Shown one piece after another: positions 11,062 to 23,400 of a stretch of 64,000 bases of DNA (within the stretch, counting starts at the first letter, position 1; the number at the start of each line of letters is the position of its first letter). Position numbers and translations under genes: made by a program. Source of the stretch: Pholidichthys leucotaenia (taxonomy: Eukaryota); NCBI GenBank assembly GCA_020510985.1, contig CM035843.1, forward strand, positions 157,187,922 to 157,251,921, in the 5' to 3' direction. The notes beneath the pieces are model-generated. The model saw nothing but the letters and a program-made list of their open reading frames with translations. It was not told where the DNA came from and searched no databases.

Positions 11062-12058
11062 GTGAGAACAATTGAAGTGTAGCGTATATATGATTTAACA
11101 GCAGCAGCAGACACAGAGAAGGTTTCTGATTTAATTCCCCAGGTCCTCCCTCTGCTTGTATGAGTTTACGCCGATTATCAGGTTTCCTCCTACAGTCCCG
11201 AGACATGCACGTTAGGTTATTTGCTGATTCTAAGTTGGCTCTGGGTAGCCATTAAGTTCATAGAATAGAGGGTTAATGTAGTGCTTAAAATGATGATCAT
11301 AAATACACCGAATGTTCCAGAACCTAAGTCATTGTTTTTCAGCCTTTTTTTGAGCAACAGAACCCCTTTTTACACTGGAAAAAAAAATCCAACAGAACCC
11401 CAAAATGTCACTTTGTAGTTGATCACAACATATATAATGATGACAATTTAGTCTTGTAATTTGGTCATACTCGGTGTGAAATGCGGCCCTATTACATAGA
11501 AAGTCAATGGAAAAACTTGAAGAGACGCATTTCATCCGGGCGACACGAGTCTGCACCAGTTGGACTTTGTTCAACTTGGCCCAGGAGTTCGCTTGATGCT
11601 TTTGGCGTTGGCTTTGGAATTGGTTTGAAAATGAGACAGGCTGCCACTCACCATAGATGTCTTCTGTCAGACACATGATCCCACGAAGGTGCTGGCTGTC
11701 TAGGCAGACGTGCTTTTCCCAGCTCCACACTTCACATCCACCGGTGCTCAGGCAGCTGACACGGGGATGCAGTTTTTGGGGGAGGTGGTGACATTTTCCC
11801 TATCTAGAAAACAGTAAACCTGAAGGTCCTAAAACTGCTGCTCCGGCTGTGTAAGAATCCCAGACTTGGGTTCAGCTACTATCAAGAGGAAGAAGAAGAG
11901 GAGCGATTCCCTTTGTGCTGCCGCCCACTGACATGGAGGAGCTACTGCAGGCACCAGTGCACGACAACAGCAAGTTCTTTTCAATTTTTGGACCAATTAA
12001 GATGTGAAATTAGACCCCCGAACATTCTTTAACAGACATACTGGGACTGAGGACCCCT

Positions 12059-15000
12059 TTCTTTCAAAGGTCTTTTTATTATTATTAATTGAAGTATCAA
12101 TACAATACAAAGTATTAGAAATTTTCATTTTTGTTTCAACCAAACAGTGAAAAACTAGAACTTAAAGCCAACAAATGTAAATGCTTCAAAGCACAAAAAC
12201 CTTTAAATAAACAATAATTAAAAAAAAATACAAAGAAAAATTGTGTGTGTGAAGTGGGGGTGGGGTAAAGGGGATATGAGCTACTCAGAAACTATAATCG
12301 TGGGTCTTTCAAAGAAATCAAGAAACGGGCGCCATAATTTATAGAATTTGTTTTCAGAGCCACAGACTGTATATCTGATTTTTTCTAAATCCAAACAGGA
12401 CATTATATCTTTTATCCACTGTAAATGTGAAGGGGGCGAAGAGTCTTTCCACTTCAGTAATACAGCACGTCTGGCCAATAATAATGAAAATTTGAATACT
12501 TTTAATTTGGAACTTGGCAAGACAAGTTCTGGAGCCACACCAAAAATGGCGCATAATGGATCAGGTTTAATTTGATATTGCAGGACTTCAGACATAGTGA
12601 TAAAAACAGAATGCCAAAAATTCATCAATGCAGGGCAGGACCAATACATGTGAAGCAAAGTGCCAGGAGCGCTACCACACTTTTCACAAGTTGGGTCTAT
12701 ATCCGAGTAAATACGTGCTAACTTAACCTTGGACAGGTGCATCCGGTGTACAATCTTAAATTGAATAAGAGCGTGACGAGCACACATTGATACAGTGTGA
12801 ACCTGGCCAAGAATAGAGTCCCACAGTTCATCAGTAAAAGTAAAATTAAGATCTTGTTCCCAGTTCAATTTGATAGCGGCCAGAGAAGAAGATTGTAAAT
12901 TTGAAATTAAATTATATAAAACTGACATTACCCCCTTAGAAGTTGGTTTAACTAATAAAAAATCATCTAGAGGATTATCAGAAGGTTTTTGAGGGAATTG
13001 TTTGTGTCATGGTTTGCACATAATGTCTGACCTGGATGGAAGCGGAAAAAATGTGTAGAAGTGATGTCGGAATTTGGTGGAAAGTTGAGAAAAACTTGCA
13101 AATTTGACCACTTAATATAAATCCGCAAAAGATTTTAAACCTTTTCTGTGCCATATATGAAATGCGCTATTCAATAGTTGATGGGGTAAATAAATGATTT
13201 GCGGCAATTGGACTTCTAATGGAAAAAAACTGAAGACCGAAATTTTTCCTGAATTGAGACCATATTCTAAGAGACTGACGAAACTACTTTATTATTACCC
13301 AGTGTAGACAAAGCAAGGGGAAGTGGTGAACCTAAAATTGCCGGTAGGGAGGTTTGATTGTCCACATGTGACTCCATAAGGATCCAAATAGGTGATTTGG
13401 GTTCCAGATAAAAATGTTTCCAATATAACATGCACCTGATATTTGCTGCCCAGTAGTAATATTGAAAGTTAGGCAGAGCCATGCCACCTACTGATTGGGG
13501 TCTTTGAAGAAAAACTTTCCTCAATCTCGGATGTTTACCATTCCAAATAAATGAGGTAATCAGAGAGTCCAAAGACTTAAAAAAGATTTTAGGAATAAAA
13601 ATGGGGAGACATTGAAACAAATATAAAAACTTTGGAAGTAACATCATTTTTACAGAATTGATTCTGCCAATTAAAGACAAGGATAATGGGACCATTTGGA
13701 AAGTATTAGCTTGCACTGGTCAAGTAAGGGGAGAAAATTATTTTTAAACAAGTAATTAAATTGTTTAGTGACATATATCCCAAGATAATTAAAATGATCA
13801 ATAACAACCTTGAAAGGAAAATTTTCAAAATCCTGAACTTGAATCTTTTCGTTAATCAGAAACAGTTCACTCTTATTAAGATTAATTTTATAACCAGAAA
13901 AACCTACTAAAACTATCCAAAAATGTTGAGTATAGCGGTAATGAAGTAAGTGGGTGGAGAGAAATAATAAAAGATCGTCAGCATAGAGTGAAACCCTATG
14001 CTCAATGCCACCCCTACGAATGCCTAGAAAGTCCCGGCCTCCCACGGATTTGCAATAGCTACGGCTCAACTGCCAAGGCAAAGAGCAACGGGCTCAAGGA
14101 CAGCCTTGCCTCGTACCACGGTAAAGTCTAAAATAGTCAGAATAGCGACAATTAGTTAACACTGAAGCTAAAGGACTAGCATAGAGAAGTTTAATCCAGG
14201 AACAGAAGGAAGGACCAAAACCGAACCTCTCCAAAGTAAAAAACAAATACTCCCACTCAACCCTATCGAATGCCTTTTCAGCGTCCAAACTAATAAGACA
14301 TTCAGGTATGTTGTGGTGAGGAGTATAAATAATATTAAACAACTGCCGCAAGTTAAAAAAAGAATGGCGATTTTTAATGAAACCGGTTTGGTCCTGTGAA
14401 ATTATAAAAGGAAGAATCTTTTCCAACCTTGAAGCTAACAACTTTGACAAAATTTTAACATCGGTATTTAACAAGGAAATAGGCCTGTAAGAAACACAAT
14501 CAACAGGATCCTTATCCTTTTTAAGCAACACAGTGATACAGGCCTGATAGCATGAAGGAGGAAGTGTACCAGAGTCAAGCGACTCTGTAAAAACTTGACA
14601 AAGGAAAGGGGCGAGGTCGTCAGAGAATTTTTTGAAAAAATCAGCGGAAAACCCATCAGGTCCTAGAGATTTTCCTGATTGCATGGATGATATTGCCAGC
14701 TGAATTTCTTCTTTTGTGATGGAGCTTCTAAAATTGCCGAGATTCTGAAGAAATCGAAGGAATATCAATAGAATCAAAAAAATTTCCAAATCCTTTAAGT
14801 TTGTTGTATATTCTGAGGTATATAATTTGGAATAAAATGACCTGAAAATATCATTAATCACTTGTTGGTCAGATGTCACCTCTCCTTTATCTGTCCTAAC
14901 TCCAGTAATAATTTGCTTAGCTCTAATACCACGTAGTTGATTAGCTAGAAGTTTACTGGTTTTTTCGCCATGTTCATAAAATTCACTCTTGTTCCTTATT

Positions 15001-17555
15001 AAACAACCTTCAATTTGTCGAGTAGAAAGTAAATTAAGTTTAGTTTGTAATGTCATACGTTCCTTGTACAGAGCGGGTGATGGAGCAGGATTTGATCTAA
15101 AATAACCTTCTGTTCCTGTATTAAGGATCGTCTTTTAAATGCTGCCAATGAAATAAATTCCCCCCCTAAGAAATGCCTTCATGGCCTCCCATATCGTTTT
15201 ATTTGGCATACCAGGAGTTTTATTTTCTTTCAAAAAAAAATTAATTTTAGAAGAAATATTCGCAACCAATTTTTCATCTGTAAGTAATAATGGATCCAAT
15301 CTCCAATGCTTTCTCATGGAGTCACATCCATGGAGGATCATTTAAGTACAAGAGGGGCATGATCAGAAACCGAGATGCTATCATAACTGCAAGAGCAAAG
15401 GTTATTAATTAATAAATTGTCAACAAAAAAATAATCTATTCTGGTATAAGTATGGTGTACGTGAGAGAAAAAAGAATAGTCCCTGCCGTTAGGATGTAAA
15501 AAACACCAAGGATCTGTAAGGCTATATTCCTCAAGAAAAGACTTAACATAAGTTGCAGATTTATTAAGACTAGCAGGTTTTGAGGATGAGCGGTCTAAGA
15601 TTGGATCCATATACAAATTAAAGTCACCCCCAAGAATTAGAGAATGAGTATTTAAATCTAGAAGTTGCGAAAAAAGGTTGCGAAAAAAGTGCACATCATC
15701 AAAATTCGGTGCATACAGATTAGCCAAGGTGACATGTTTATTGCCAAGTTTACCTGATACTATTACAAATCGTCCATTTTTATCTAATACAACATTAGAG
15801 GGAATAAATGGGATATTTCGATCAATAAGAATAGCAGCGCCCCTGGCCTTAGCTTTAAAATTTGAATGAAAAAATTGTCCTGACCAACATTTTGACAAAC
15901 GCAAGTGGTCGGAATCCTGCAAATGGGTTCCTGCAAAAACAATACCCCAGGCTTAAATTGCTTTAGACGTGACATGACTCTCTTTCGTTTAATTGGATGA
16001 TTCAACCCCTTCACATTCCAGCTTACCAAAGTAAGATTACTATTCATTCAAAGAGTAAAATTTATATATTATGTTGTGTAGCCCAAAGAAGAGTAAAGTG
16101 AGGTACGGGTAAAAAAAAAAAAAATAAAAAAAATTAAAAAAGGAGGGGGTAAGGGGGGTGTAAATAAAACCATAACAAAAAACAAAACAAAAAAAAAATA
16201 AAAAAATAAAAATAAAAAAAAATAAAAAAATCCAACAACCAAACCTATAACAACACTCCAGCCGGTTGCAAAAAAACAGCAACCGCTCCATCTCCTGCTC
16301 TATTTTCATCCTAACAGAATGCTTCCATACAACTGGCTTCAATCCTGCATAATATGAACGTTTTACCCTAAAAAAAATAAAAAAAATAAGATAAAATTAA
16401 AAAAAAGAATTAAGTAAACAACAACGTATAGGGAGCCAATTTTACCTTGTTTTTAAACATCTAAAAATGCATCAATGTCCAGTCAGTGCAGCTTCAATGA
16501 AGTAACAAGCAGTCCAGCGCGGCAGCTGGTCAACCCAGAAATGTCCAGTTCAAGGCGAAAATTGCTGGTTTCTCTCCCTAGTTTGCATGAAGCAGGTGGC
16601 CTCCGAGACGGACGCCAGCCACTGGTTTTTGCCGTCTGGAAGAGTTATCCGGAGCCTGGCGGGGAAAAGAAGAGAAGGACGAAAACCTCTCTTGTACAAC
16701 TCGGACATAACCTCCTTATATTCGGCTCGTTGCTTCTGAACGTCGGCGTTATAATCCTCGTAGAACTGAAGTTTATGCCCACGATATTCCAAAGTCCCAC
16801 GGCGTCTCCGCTCTTCTCTCATCACCAAGTCTTTGGTCCGAAACCGGTGGAAACAAATAATGACAGCGCGCGGCTTCCCATTCGGACTCGGCTTGGGCAT
16901 GAGGCTGCGGTGGGCTCTATCCAGCTCTGGGGGAGATGGCAAAGTTTGTGCGCCAAAGACGTCCACCAACAGCTGAGAAAAAAATTCAGATGGCCGTGGA
17001 CCCACATCAAAGGACTCCGGCAGACCCACCAGACGAATATTCAGCCTCCTGCTTCTTCCCTCCAGGTCAGAAAGTTTGTTTTTCAAAAGTTTGTTCTCCT
17101 CCTGCATTGACTCACATGTAACTTCAAGCGCCGCTAGGCGCTGGCTGACGTCCTCCGCGTTGTTTTCAAGGTCGCCAATGCGTTGCTCCTGGTTCGCCAC
17201 ATCTGCTTGAATTTTGTCCAGCTTACCATTAATAAGTTCAAATGAAGCTTTGAAGTCAGCAGCTATGGACATTCTGTGTTGCTCAAGCAAGGCAACAAGT
17301 GCAGGGTTAAGGCTGATGTTAAGGCTGATATTAGCATCCTCAGCTAAGCTGGTGTTAGTATTGTTCCCTGCTGCCTCCTTTTCAGTCTGCTTTCTTGTTT
17401 TGGACATATTTCACAACTCAAAACAGATTCTGCACGTATTAAATGTCCAAAACATTAACAGCTTACAGCAAAATAGGGTTTAAAAAGTAAGGAAAAAAAT
17501 ATAGCAGGAGCCAGCAACGCACACACCTACTCCATTGCCAGCACACCTGATCCTC
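12059..17555 (-). mobile_element. Full-length L1-clade LINE (about 5.5 kb). ORF1 is 16550-17407 (coiled coil plus RRM, motif NIRLVGLPE). ORF2 (APE endonuclease plus RT plus Cys-rich C-terminus) is broken into ORFs 15338-15922, 14094-15056, 13671-14081, 13267-13716 and 12281-12928.
   Basis: 15-bp target-site duplication GGACTGAGGACCCCT at 12044-12058 and 17556-17570. ORF1 intact at 285 aa. ORF2 frameshifted. A-rich spacer between the ORFs at 16080-16260. Confidence 0.85.
16550..17407 (-). CDS. L1 ORF1p (coiled-coil, RRM and CTD nucleic-acid chaperone), 285 aa.
   Basis: Intact ORF. Motifs LNIRLVGLPE and a heptad-repeat N-terminus. Lies inside the L1 element. Confidence 0.75.
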   Translation of the reverse strand: MSKTRKQTEKEAAGNNTNTSLAEDANISLNISLNPALVALLEQHRMSIAADFKASFELINGKLDKIQADVANQEQRIGDLENNAEDVSQRLAALEVTCESMQEENKLLKNKLSDLEGRSRRLNIRLVGLPESFDVGPRPSEFFSQLLVDVFGAQTLPSPPELDRAHRSLMPKPSPNGKPRAVIICFHRFRTKDLVMREERRRRGTLEYRGHKLQFYEDYNADVQKQRAEYKEVMSELYKRGFRPSLLFPARLRITLPDGKNQWLASVSEATCFMQTRERNQQFSP

Positions 17556-17679
17556 GGACTGAGGACCCCTGAGTGGAGAAACAAGGACGTAAGACGTCAG
17601 GGCACTTTTTGAAAACTCTAAAAACTTACCCAAACTTTGACTACACAAAGTTTAGGATTTTCTGTGTGATTTACCACCG

Positions 17680-17995
17680 GAGGGGTGGCTCAGTTGGTAG
17701 AGCATCCACCCCACACCCGGGAGGCAGGGGTTCAAGTCCCGGCTGGGTCATGCCGAAGACCATATAAAAATGGAACTTCCTGCCGTCCAGCTTGGTGCTC
17801 AGCAATAATGGAATGGAGGAGGGAAATTTTTGGCAGCGCCTTGCATGGCAGCGGCCCTCTGATTCTGCACTTGGGGTGTGTGTGATTAACACAGTAGATA
17901 GGTAAAGCACAATGTCTACTGTACATGATTGGTTGTACAGTTGAATGACAATAAGGGTGATTTAATTTAATTAATTTAATTTATGAGAAAACTTA
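17680..17995 (+). mobile_element. tRNA-derived SINE, about 300 bp, with an (ATTTA)n-like tail.
   Basis: tRNA-like head GGGGTGGCTCAGTTGGTAGAGCATCC...GGTTCAAGTCCCGGC followed by a conserved body. A second copy at 35040-35350 is about 93% identical. Confidence 0.75.
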
Positions 17996-18239
17996 CAAAT
18001 TTTTAAGAAAACAATTAGTTAAGTTAATTATTTAAGTTAATTCCCTTCCACAGCATGTGGGACACCATGTGGTGTACAAGGGCGGCGCCTATCTCCGTTC
18101 CTCTGACCCGAGGCCTCACAGCTGCTGTATGTAGTGAAAGCTGCAGTGTGGGGGTCAGTCCTCTGGTAGCTCTGTGCGTTAACTTTCCTTTCCCCGTTCT
18201 ATTATGCATGAGGACCAACCTAGAAGGTGGAAAGTGCTT

Positions 18240-18345
18240 TTTTTTTTTTTTTTTTTTTTTAAATTGATCTTTAGTATGACCCGGCTGGGGCATGAACCCA
18301 CAACCTCCTGGCTGTGGGGCGGCTGCTCTACCACTAGGCTGCCAC
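18240..18345 (-). mobile_element. Truncated tRNA-like SINE head followed by poly(A), seen as T25 at 18239-18263 on the + strand.
   Basis: The reverse complement reads CCAGAGTGGCAGCCTAGTGGTAGAGCAGCC...GGTTCATGCCCCAGCCGGGTCAT, then an A-run. Confidence 0.5.
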
Positions 18346-18359
18346 TCTGGTATAAAGCA

Positions 18360-19260
18360 AGAAAACAATTGCAGATTTACGGGAAAAAAGTTGAAAAAAG
18401 TCACAAATTTACGAGAAAACAGCTGAAATTTATGGGAGGAAAAAAATTCAAAAATTTATAGGAAAAAAGTTGAAAGTTTATGATTAAAAGTTTGAAAGTT
18501 TACATAAAAATTGCAACTTTTCTCAAATTTGCAAAATATTTTCAAGAAAACAATTTCTATAAGAAAAATGTTGCAGATTTATGGGAAAAACAAATTGCCA
18601 ATTTTTGATTAAAAAAATTAGAAAATTTATTTAAAAAAAAGTTGAAATGTTGCAAATTTATGAGGAAAGTCCCTAATTTATGAGGAAAAAGAGATGAAAA
18701 TATTCCAGAAAAAAGTCACAAATTTATGAGAAAATGGCTGAAAATTTATAGGGAAATTTAAAAAAAAAAATTACACTGAAAAAAGTTGCAAATTTATGAT
18801 AAAAAGATAGAAATTTATATAAAAATATGTAACTTTTGTCAAATTGACAATTGTTTTGAAATTTTTTTTACAGATTTATTAGAAAAATGTTGCAGATTTG
18901 AGTAAAAAAAAGTTGAAAATTTACAGGGGAAAAATGCCAATTTTTCATTAAAAAAATTGAAAACTTGTTTTTTTTTTAAAAATGAAGTTACTGGAAAAAA
19001 TTGCAAATTTTTGAGGAAAAAAGTTGCTAATTTGCTGATTTTTTTTTTTTTGAGAAGTTTTAAATTGATGAGAAAAAAGCTGAACATTTACAAGAAAAAG
19101 GTTCAGCATTTTTGAGAGAAAAGTCACAAATTTGAGGAAAAAGTTGCAAATTTGTGATTAAAAAGGTAGGAATTTAAATAAAAATTTCTAACTTTTGTCA
19201 AATTTGTAAAAAAAAAAATACAATGCAAATCTATAAGAAAAATGTTGCTAAGTTGTGAGG
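18360..19260 (+). repeat. 23-bp VNTR array (GTTGCAAATTTATGAG family).
   Basis: Tandem units. Interrupted at 19266 by a SINE insertion. Continues at 19600-19810. Confidence 0.8.
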
Positions 19261-19265
19261 AAAAA

Positions 19266-19600
19266 AATGAACATCCATCTTCTTCCGCTTAATCCTTTTC
19301 AGGTCGTGGGGGGGGCTGGAGCCTATCCCAGCATCTTTGGGTGAGAGGCAGGGTCCACCCTGGACAGATCGCCAGTCCATCGCAGGGCCAACACAGAGAG
19401 ACAAACAACCATTCACTCTCACAGTCATACCTAAGGACAATTTAGAATCCCCAGTTTGAGGCCAATTAACCTAACCTGCATGTTTGTTGGCATGTGGGAG
19501 GAAACCGGAGAAATCCCGGAGTAAACCCACGCAGACACGGGGAGAACATGCAAACTCCACACAGATCACTGTTGGTCGGGGGTGGGATCAAACCCAGAAT
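19266..19600 (-). mobile_element. tRNA-derived teleost SINE, 5'-truncated, with a 3' tail ...GGATTAAGCGGAAGAAGATGG(ATGG).
   Basis: Body CCTAACCTGCATGTTTGTTGGCATGTGGGAGGAAACCGGAGAAATCCCGGAGTAAACCCACGCAGACACGGGGAGAACATGCAAACTCCACACAG. The tail matches the 3' end of the Rex-like LINE at 7382-7440. Confidence 0.75.
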
Positions 19601-20203
19601 CTGAACATTTAGAGGAAAAAACTGCTAATTTTTGATTTAAAAAAAAAATGGAAAATTTATAGAAAAAAAGTTGGAAAAATGCAAATTTTTGAGAAGAAAG
19701 CTGCTAATTTACGAGGGGGAAACAAGCTGAAAATTTACAAGAAAAAAGTCAAGAAATTGCTGAAAATTTATGGGAAAAATTCAGAAATTTACAGGAAAAA
19801 GTTTCACATTCATGAGGACTTAATGAAGTCAGCAGGAGAGCAACGTAGGACCAGCTGTCAAAGTGTCAGTGTGATCTATTGTGGACTGTTTGTGTTGGCC
19901 ATGAGAGAGCTTCAGATAATAACCAGAACATCTGGTTGAGAGGAGGAGATTTGCTAGTGTACATGTCAGAAATGTCAGAATTCTGAGGTTTTACATTTTT
20001 TTAATTTCTTTTTTAGTGTTAAAAGGGTTCCGTGGCTCAAGAAATGTTGAAAATAGACAAAATCTCTTTAGTTGGTTAATTTCTCATTGTAGTTTGGCCC
20101 TCTGATGACTACAGGAACTCCAGCAGGTTTTGCTGTGGAGGATTTTGGTGGATAAGCCACCTTATTGTTCTAACCCAGTCGGCCTGTCCATGTCTTCCTC
20201 CAG

Positions 20204-20302
20204 TGGCCTGCTGCTGCCCCGTGTTGGAGTAGAGCATCATGGGATAGAAAGAACAGACGTCGGCAACCTGGGCAGCGGAATCTACTTCACTGATTCCATG
20301 AG
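20204..20302 (+). CDS. PARP4: PARP4 exon (PARP catalytic). Encodes (R)GLLLPRVGVEHHGIERTDVGNLGSGIYFTDSM.
   Basis: Acceptor cag at 20201-20203, donor gtttgt at 20303. Matches human LLLPKVVEDRGVQRTDVGNLGSGIYFSDSL. Confidence 0.85.
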
Positions 20303-20452
20303 GTTTGTCTAGAATCTGAAATCCTTAAAGTTTTACTGCCTTTCAGCTGTGGAACCCTTTCATTTCTGTGGAATAAAGGGGTGCAGGGGTGCCAGTGTTT
20401 TCAGGGTCTACCCCAGTACTCCACACACCATGAACTATTCTTCCGTCCGCAG

Positions 20453-20636
20453 CACCAGTCTGAAATACGCCAAACCCAGCATGACCGACGGCTCCCGGCT
20501 GCTGCTGGTGTGCGACGTGGCGTTGGGGCGGTGCAGGGACATTAGGAAGAGAGACCCCACCCTGACCGGGGCCCCCGAGGGCCACCACAGTGTTCATGGG
20601 CTCCGCAGCACGCCCAGGAATCCTTCTGAATTCCAG
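20453..20636 (+). CDS. PARP4: PARP4 exon (PARP catalytic). Encodes (S)TSLKYAKPSMTDGSRLLLVCDVALGRCRDIRKRDPTLTGAPEGHHSVHGLRSTPRNPSEFQ.
   Basis: Acceptor ccgcag ends at 20452, donor gtagga at 20637. Matches human STSIKYSHPGETDGTRLLLICDVALGKCMDLHEKDFSLTEAPPGYDSVHGV. Confidence 0.85.
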
Positions 20637-20727
20637 GTAGGAAATGGAACATGGTGGCGGTGGCGGTTTTGATTTCAGAGTGAGCCATTGTGAAGACCAT
20701 CTGTGCATCTGTGTGTGTTTCCTCCAG

Positions 20728-20869
20728 GATGACGAGTACGTCGTCTACAGCCCCGACCAGGTCAGACTCAAGTATGTGGTTCAGTTCAGCCTCCTGGGAG
20801 ACAAACCGACGGACTTCAGACCTGCCGTCGATGTCTCAGCCGAGCCAACTCTGCCCCCTTCTGACCGGG
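20728..20869 (+). CDS. PARP4: PARP4 exon (end of PARP catalytic). Encodes DDEYVVYSPDQVRLKYVVQFSLLGDKPTDFRPAVDVSAEPTLPPSDR(G).
   Basis: Acceptor cctccag ends at 20727, donor gtgagc at 20870. Matches human DDEFVVYKTNQVKMKYIIKFSMPGDQIKDFHPS and the PARP signature Y-x-E-Y-V-V-Y...LKY. Confidence 0.85.
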
Positions 20870-20989
20870 GTGAGCATCGCAGCTGGACAACAGTCTGCTC
20901 TGAGGTCGACACCAGACCAATACAAGGATGTTCATGTCATATTCAAGTTTGAGCTAAAGAGGAACCGCAGCTCGGTTGAAAATGTACAT

Positions 20990-21300
20990 AAAATTTGTAA
21001 CGCCTCTCAAATTGGCAAAAACATTCAAGGAAACACTTGCAAATCTATAAGAAAATGTTTCAGATTTATGAGGAAAAAAGTTGAAAATTTACAGGGGAAA
21101 AAATGCAAATTTTTGATTTTAAAAAATTTGAAAATTTATAGAAAAAAGTTACAGGGAAAAAACTGCAAATTTTTGAGAAATGTTGCAGAATTCTGAGGAA
21201 AAAAGTTGCTAAATGATGAGGGGGAAAAAAGATGAAAATTTACAAGAAAAAAGTCAAAAATTTGAGAAAATGGAAATGAGAAACGTTATGGGGAAAATTT
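20990..21300 (+). repeat. 23-bp VNTR array.
   Basis: Tandem GTTGCAAATTTATGAG-like units. Confidence 0.75.
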
Positions 21301-21309
21301 CAGAAATTT

Positions 21310-21650
21310 AACTAACTAACTAACCTGCACTTATATAGCGCTTTTCTAGTCACAAAGACCACTCAAAGCACTTTCATTAATACTAACCGTCTATTCTAAG
21401 GGCCTATAGGAAACAGATATCTAGGGACAATTTAGAACAGCCAATTAACCTAACATGCATGTTTTTGGCATGTGGGAGGAAACCGGAGAAATCCCGGAGT
21501 AAACCCACGCAACACGGGAAGAACATGCAAACTCCACACAGATCACTGTTGGTCGGGGGCTGGGATCGAACCCACGATCCCCACAATCCCCCGGCCAAGG
21601 GTAAACTGTGCTGCTGCAGTGCTAACCACTGCGCCACCGTGCAGCCCAAA
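21310..21650 (-). mobile_element. tRNA-derived SINE (same head and body family as 19266) with a different 3' tail (...GCGCTATATAAGTGCAGGTTAGTTAGTTAGTTA).
   Basis: The reverse complement of 21570-21645 is a tRNA-like head, GGCTGCACGGTGGCGCAGTGGTTAGCACTGCAGCAGCACAG...GGGTTCGATCCCAGCC. Confidence 0.7.
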
Positions 21651-22250
21651 TTTACAGAAAAAAGTTGCAAATTTATGATAAAAATGTTGAGAATTTACAT
21701 AAAAAGTTGTAACTTTTCTCAAATTTGCAAAAACATTTTCAAGAGAACAAATGTAAATCTATAAGAAAAGTGATGCAGATTTATGACGGAAAAGGTTGAA
21801 AATATACAGGGAAAAATGATAATTTTTGATATTTTTTTTGAGAATTTATAGAAAAAAAGTTGAAGTTACAGGGAAAAATCAAATTTTTGATAAATTCAAA
21901 AATTTATAGAAAAGTTGAAGGAATAAAATTGCTCATTTTTAAGAAATGTTGTAGATTTATGAGGAATAAAGTTGCTAATTTATGAGGAAAAATATGTAGA
22001 TTTGCAAGAAAAGTCACAAATTTATGAGAAAATGGCTGACAATTAATGGTGAAAAATTAAAACATTTACAGGAAAAAAGTTACAAATTTATGAGAGGTCA
22101 CATTTTTTGAGAGAAAAGTTTCAAATTTGCAGGAATTTTTTTTTTCCAATTTGAGAGAAGTCACAAATTTTTAAGAAATTTGCACATCTAATGTTGCCGA
22201 TTTATGAGGAAAGAAGTTGTGACTCTACAAGAAAAAGTTGCTTTGAGAAA
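21650..22250 (+). repeat. 23-bp VNTR array.
   Basis: Tandem units. Confidence 0.75.
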
Positions 22251-22354
22251 TAAGTGTTGTTGCATCAAAATGAAGTTTTGTCAGTGTAATCATGCAGTCT
22301 TCTAACTCATCATGAACCGGAATTATAACTGTGTGCATGTTGATGTGAGTTCAG

Positions 22355-22488
22355 CGGACGACATCCAGATTGATTTGGTTAAAAACCCTCTGGAGGACGT
22401 GACGGCCGGATTGCTGGACGGCGCCGGTCAGCGGCTCCTTCTGCAGGCCGTTCATGTGAAGTGCAGGCTGGTGGATCTGCTGTCTCAG
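22355..22488 (+). CDS. PARP4: PARP4 exon (start of VIT domain). Encodes (A)DDIQIDLVKNPLEDVTAGLLDGAGQRLLLQAVHVKCRLVDLLSQ.
   Basis: Acceptor ttcag ends at 22354, donor gtgaga at 22489. Matches human LVPLEDVHIKGRIIDTVAQ. The other candidate acceptors give in-frame stops. Confidence 0.75.
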
Positions 22489-22646
22489 GTGAGAACAGGA
22501 TTGTTCCCCTCCATGTTAGCATGCCACGTTCAGGCATTTAATAGTCCACTTGATTACAGTACATCTATGTTTGCATCACTGTGCGGTACGGGAAGAGATC
22601 TGCTGTCTAACATGTACAGTCCAGTCATATTTCGTTTGCCTCTCAG

Positions 22647-22778
22647 GTCATCATCTTCCAGAAATACACCAATCAGAGCAGCGTCCCCATAGAGGCCAAG
22701 TACGTGTTTCCTCTGGACGACAGCGCTGCCGTGTGTGGGTTTGAAGCGTTCATCAATGGGAAACATGTGGTGGGACAG
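22647..22778 (+). CDS. PARP4: PARP4 exon (VIT domain). Encodes VIIFQKYTNQSSVPIEAKYVFPLDDSAAVCGFEAFINGKHVVGQ.
   Basis: Acceptor tctcag ends at 22646, donor gtggga at 22779. Near-identical to human VIVFQTYTNKSHVPIEAKYIFPLDDKAAVCGFEAFINGKHIVGE. Confidence 0.9.
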
Positions 22779-22913
22779 GTGGGACGGCTGAAACGCTTTC
22801 TTTAGTTAGAGCCCAGTGTTCTGTGTTCCAAAATGAAATGCGGCCATATTTGATCAGGAGTGTGTGATGTGACCCAGAGTGACGTCTTTGTCTCTGTGGA
22901 CGTTGGATTTCAG

Positions 22914-23000
22914 GTGAAGGAGAAGGAGACGGCTCGTAAGGAGTACAAGCAGGCAGTGGAGCGAGGCCACGGAGCCTACCTGATGGACCAGGACGCCCCG
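22914..23000 (+). CDS. PARP4: PARP4 exon (VIT domain). Encodes VKEKETARKEYKQAVERGHGAYLMDQDAP.
   Basis: Acceptor tttcag ends at 22913, donor gtacat at 23001. Matches human IKEKEEAQQEYLEAVTQGHGAYLMSQDAP. Confidence 0.9.
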
Positions 23001-23039
23001 GTACATTCTTCACTTGGAACGCTTTTCCACTCTTTTCCC

Positions 23040-23400
23040 CTCTTACTCTTGTATGTTTCCTGTTGTTGTTCTCCCAGTTTGTTCATGTTTTTCCTCACCA
23101 GTTTTCCTGGTATCATTTCCTTGTACTTGCGCCCCCCCCCCCCAAAAAAAACAACCCTCAAGATTTTTGCTTTTTTTCATATTTTTACTGTGTTTTTGCT
23201 GTTTTTTCCCCCCATTTTTGTTGTCTTTCACCCATTTTTACTGTTTTTTTTTCTGTTTTGTGTTTATTCTGTTTTTACCATTTTTATCCCTTTTTCCATG
23301 ATGTTTACCCTGGTTTTTCCATTGTTTTAGTACTCTGTTTTATCTGTTTTGATTGTGCTTTTTTCAGTTTTTTTTCATGTTTTTTTTTCCTTTAACAGTC
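23040..23400 (+). repeat. T/C-rich degenerate minisatellite of about 11 bp (TGTTTTTACCC-like).
   Basis: Runs of TTTTTACCCTG, TTTTTACTGT and TTTTCCATTG units. Related arrays at 26580-26740 and 26940-27620. Confidence 0.6.

Noticed and set aside
11329-11730. A 133-aa minus-strand ORF in an intron (MWSWEKHVCLDSQHLRG...).
   Set aside because: No recognisable domain, no splice-consistent context, and it overlaps degenerate SINE-like sequence. It is probably a chance ORF.
17690-17760. tRNA-like sequences (17690-17760, 35050-35120, and the reverse complement of 21570-21645, 28780-28855 and 18270-18345) that could be called as tRNA genes.
   Set aside because: Each is immediately followed by a conserved SINE body and tail and occurs in multiple diverged copies. 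The acceptor stems are imperfect. They are SINE heads, not functional tRNA genes.
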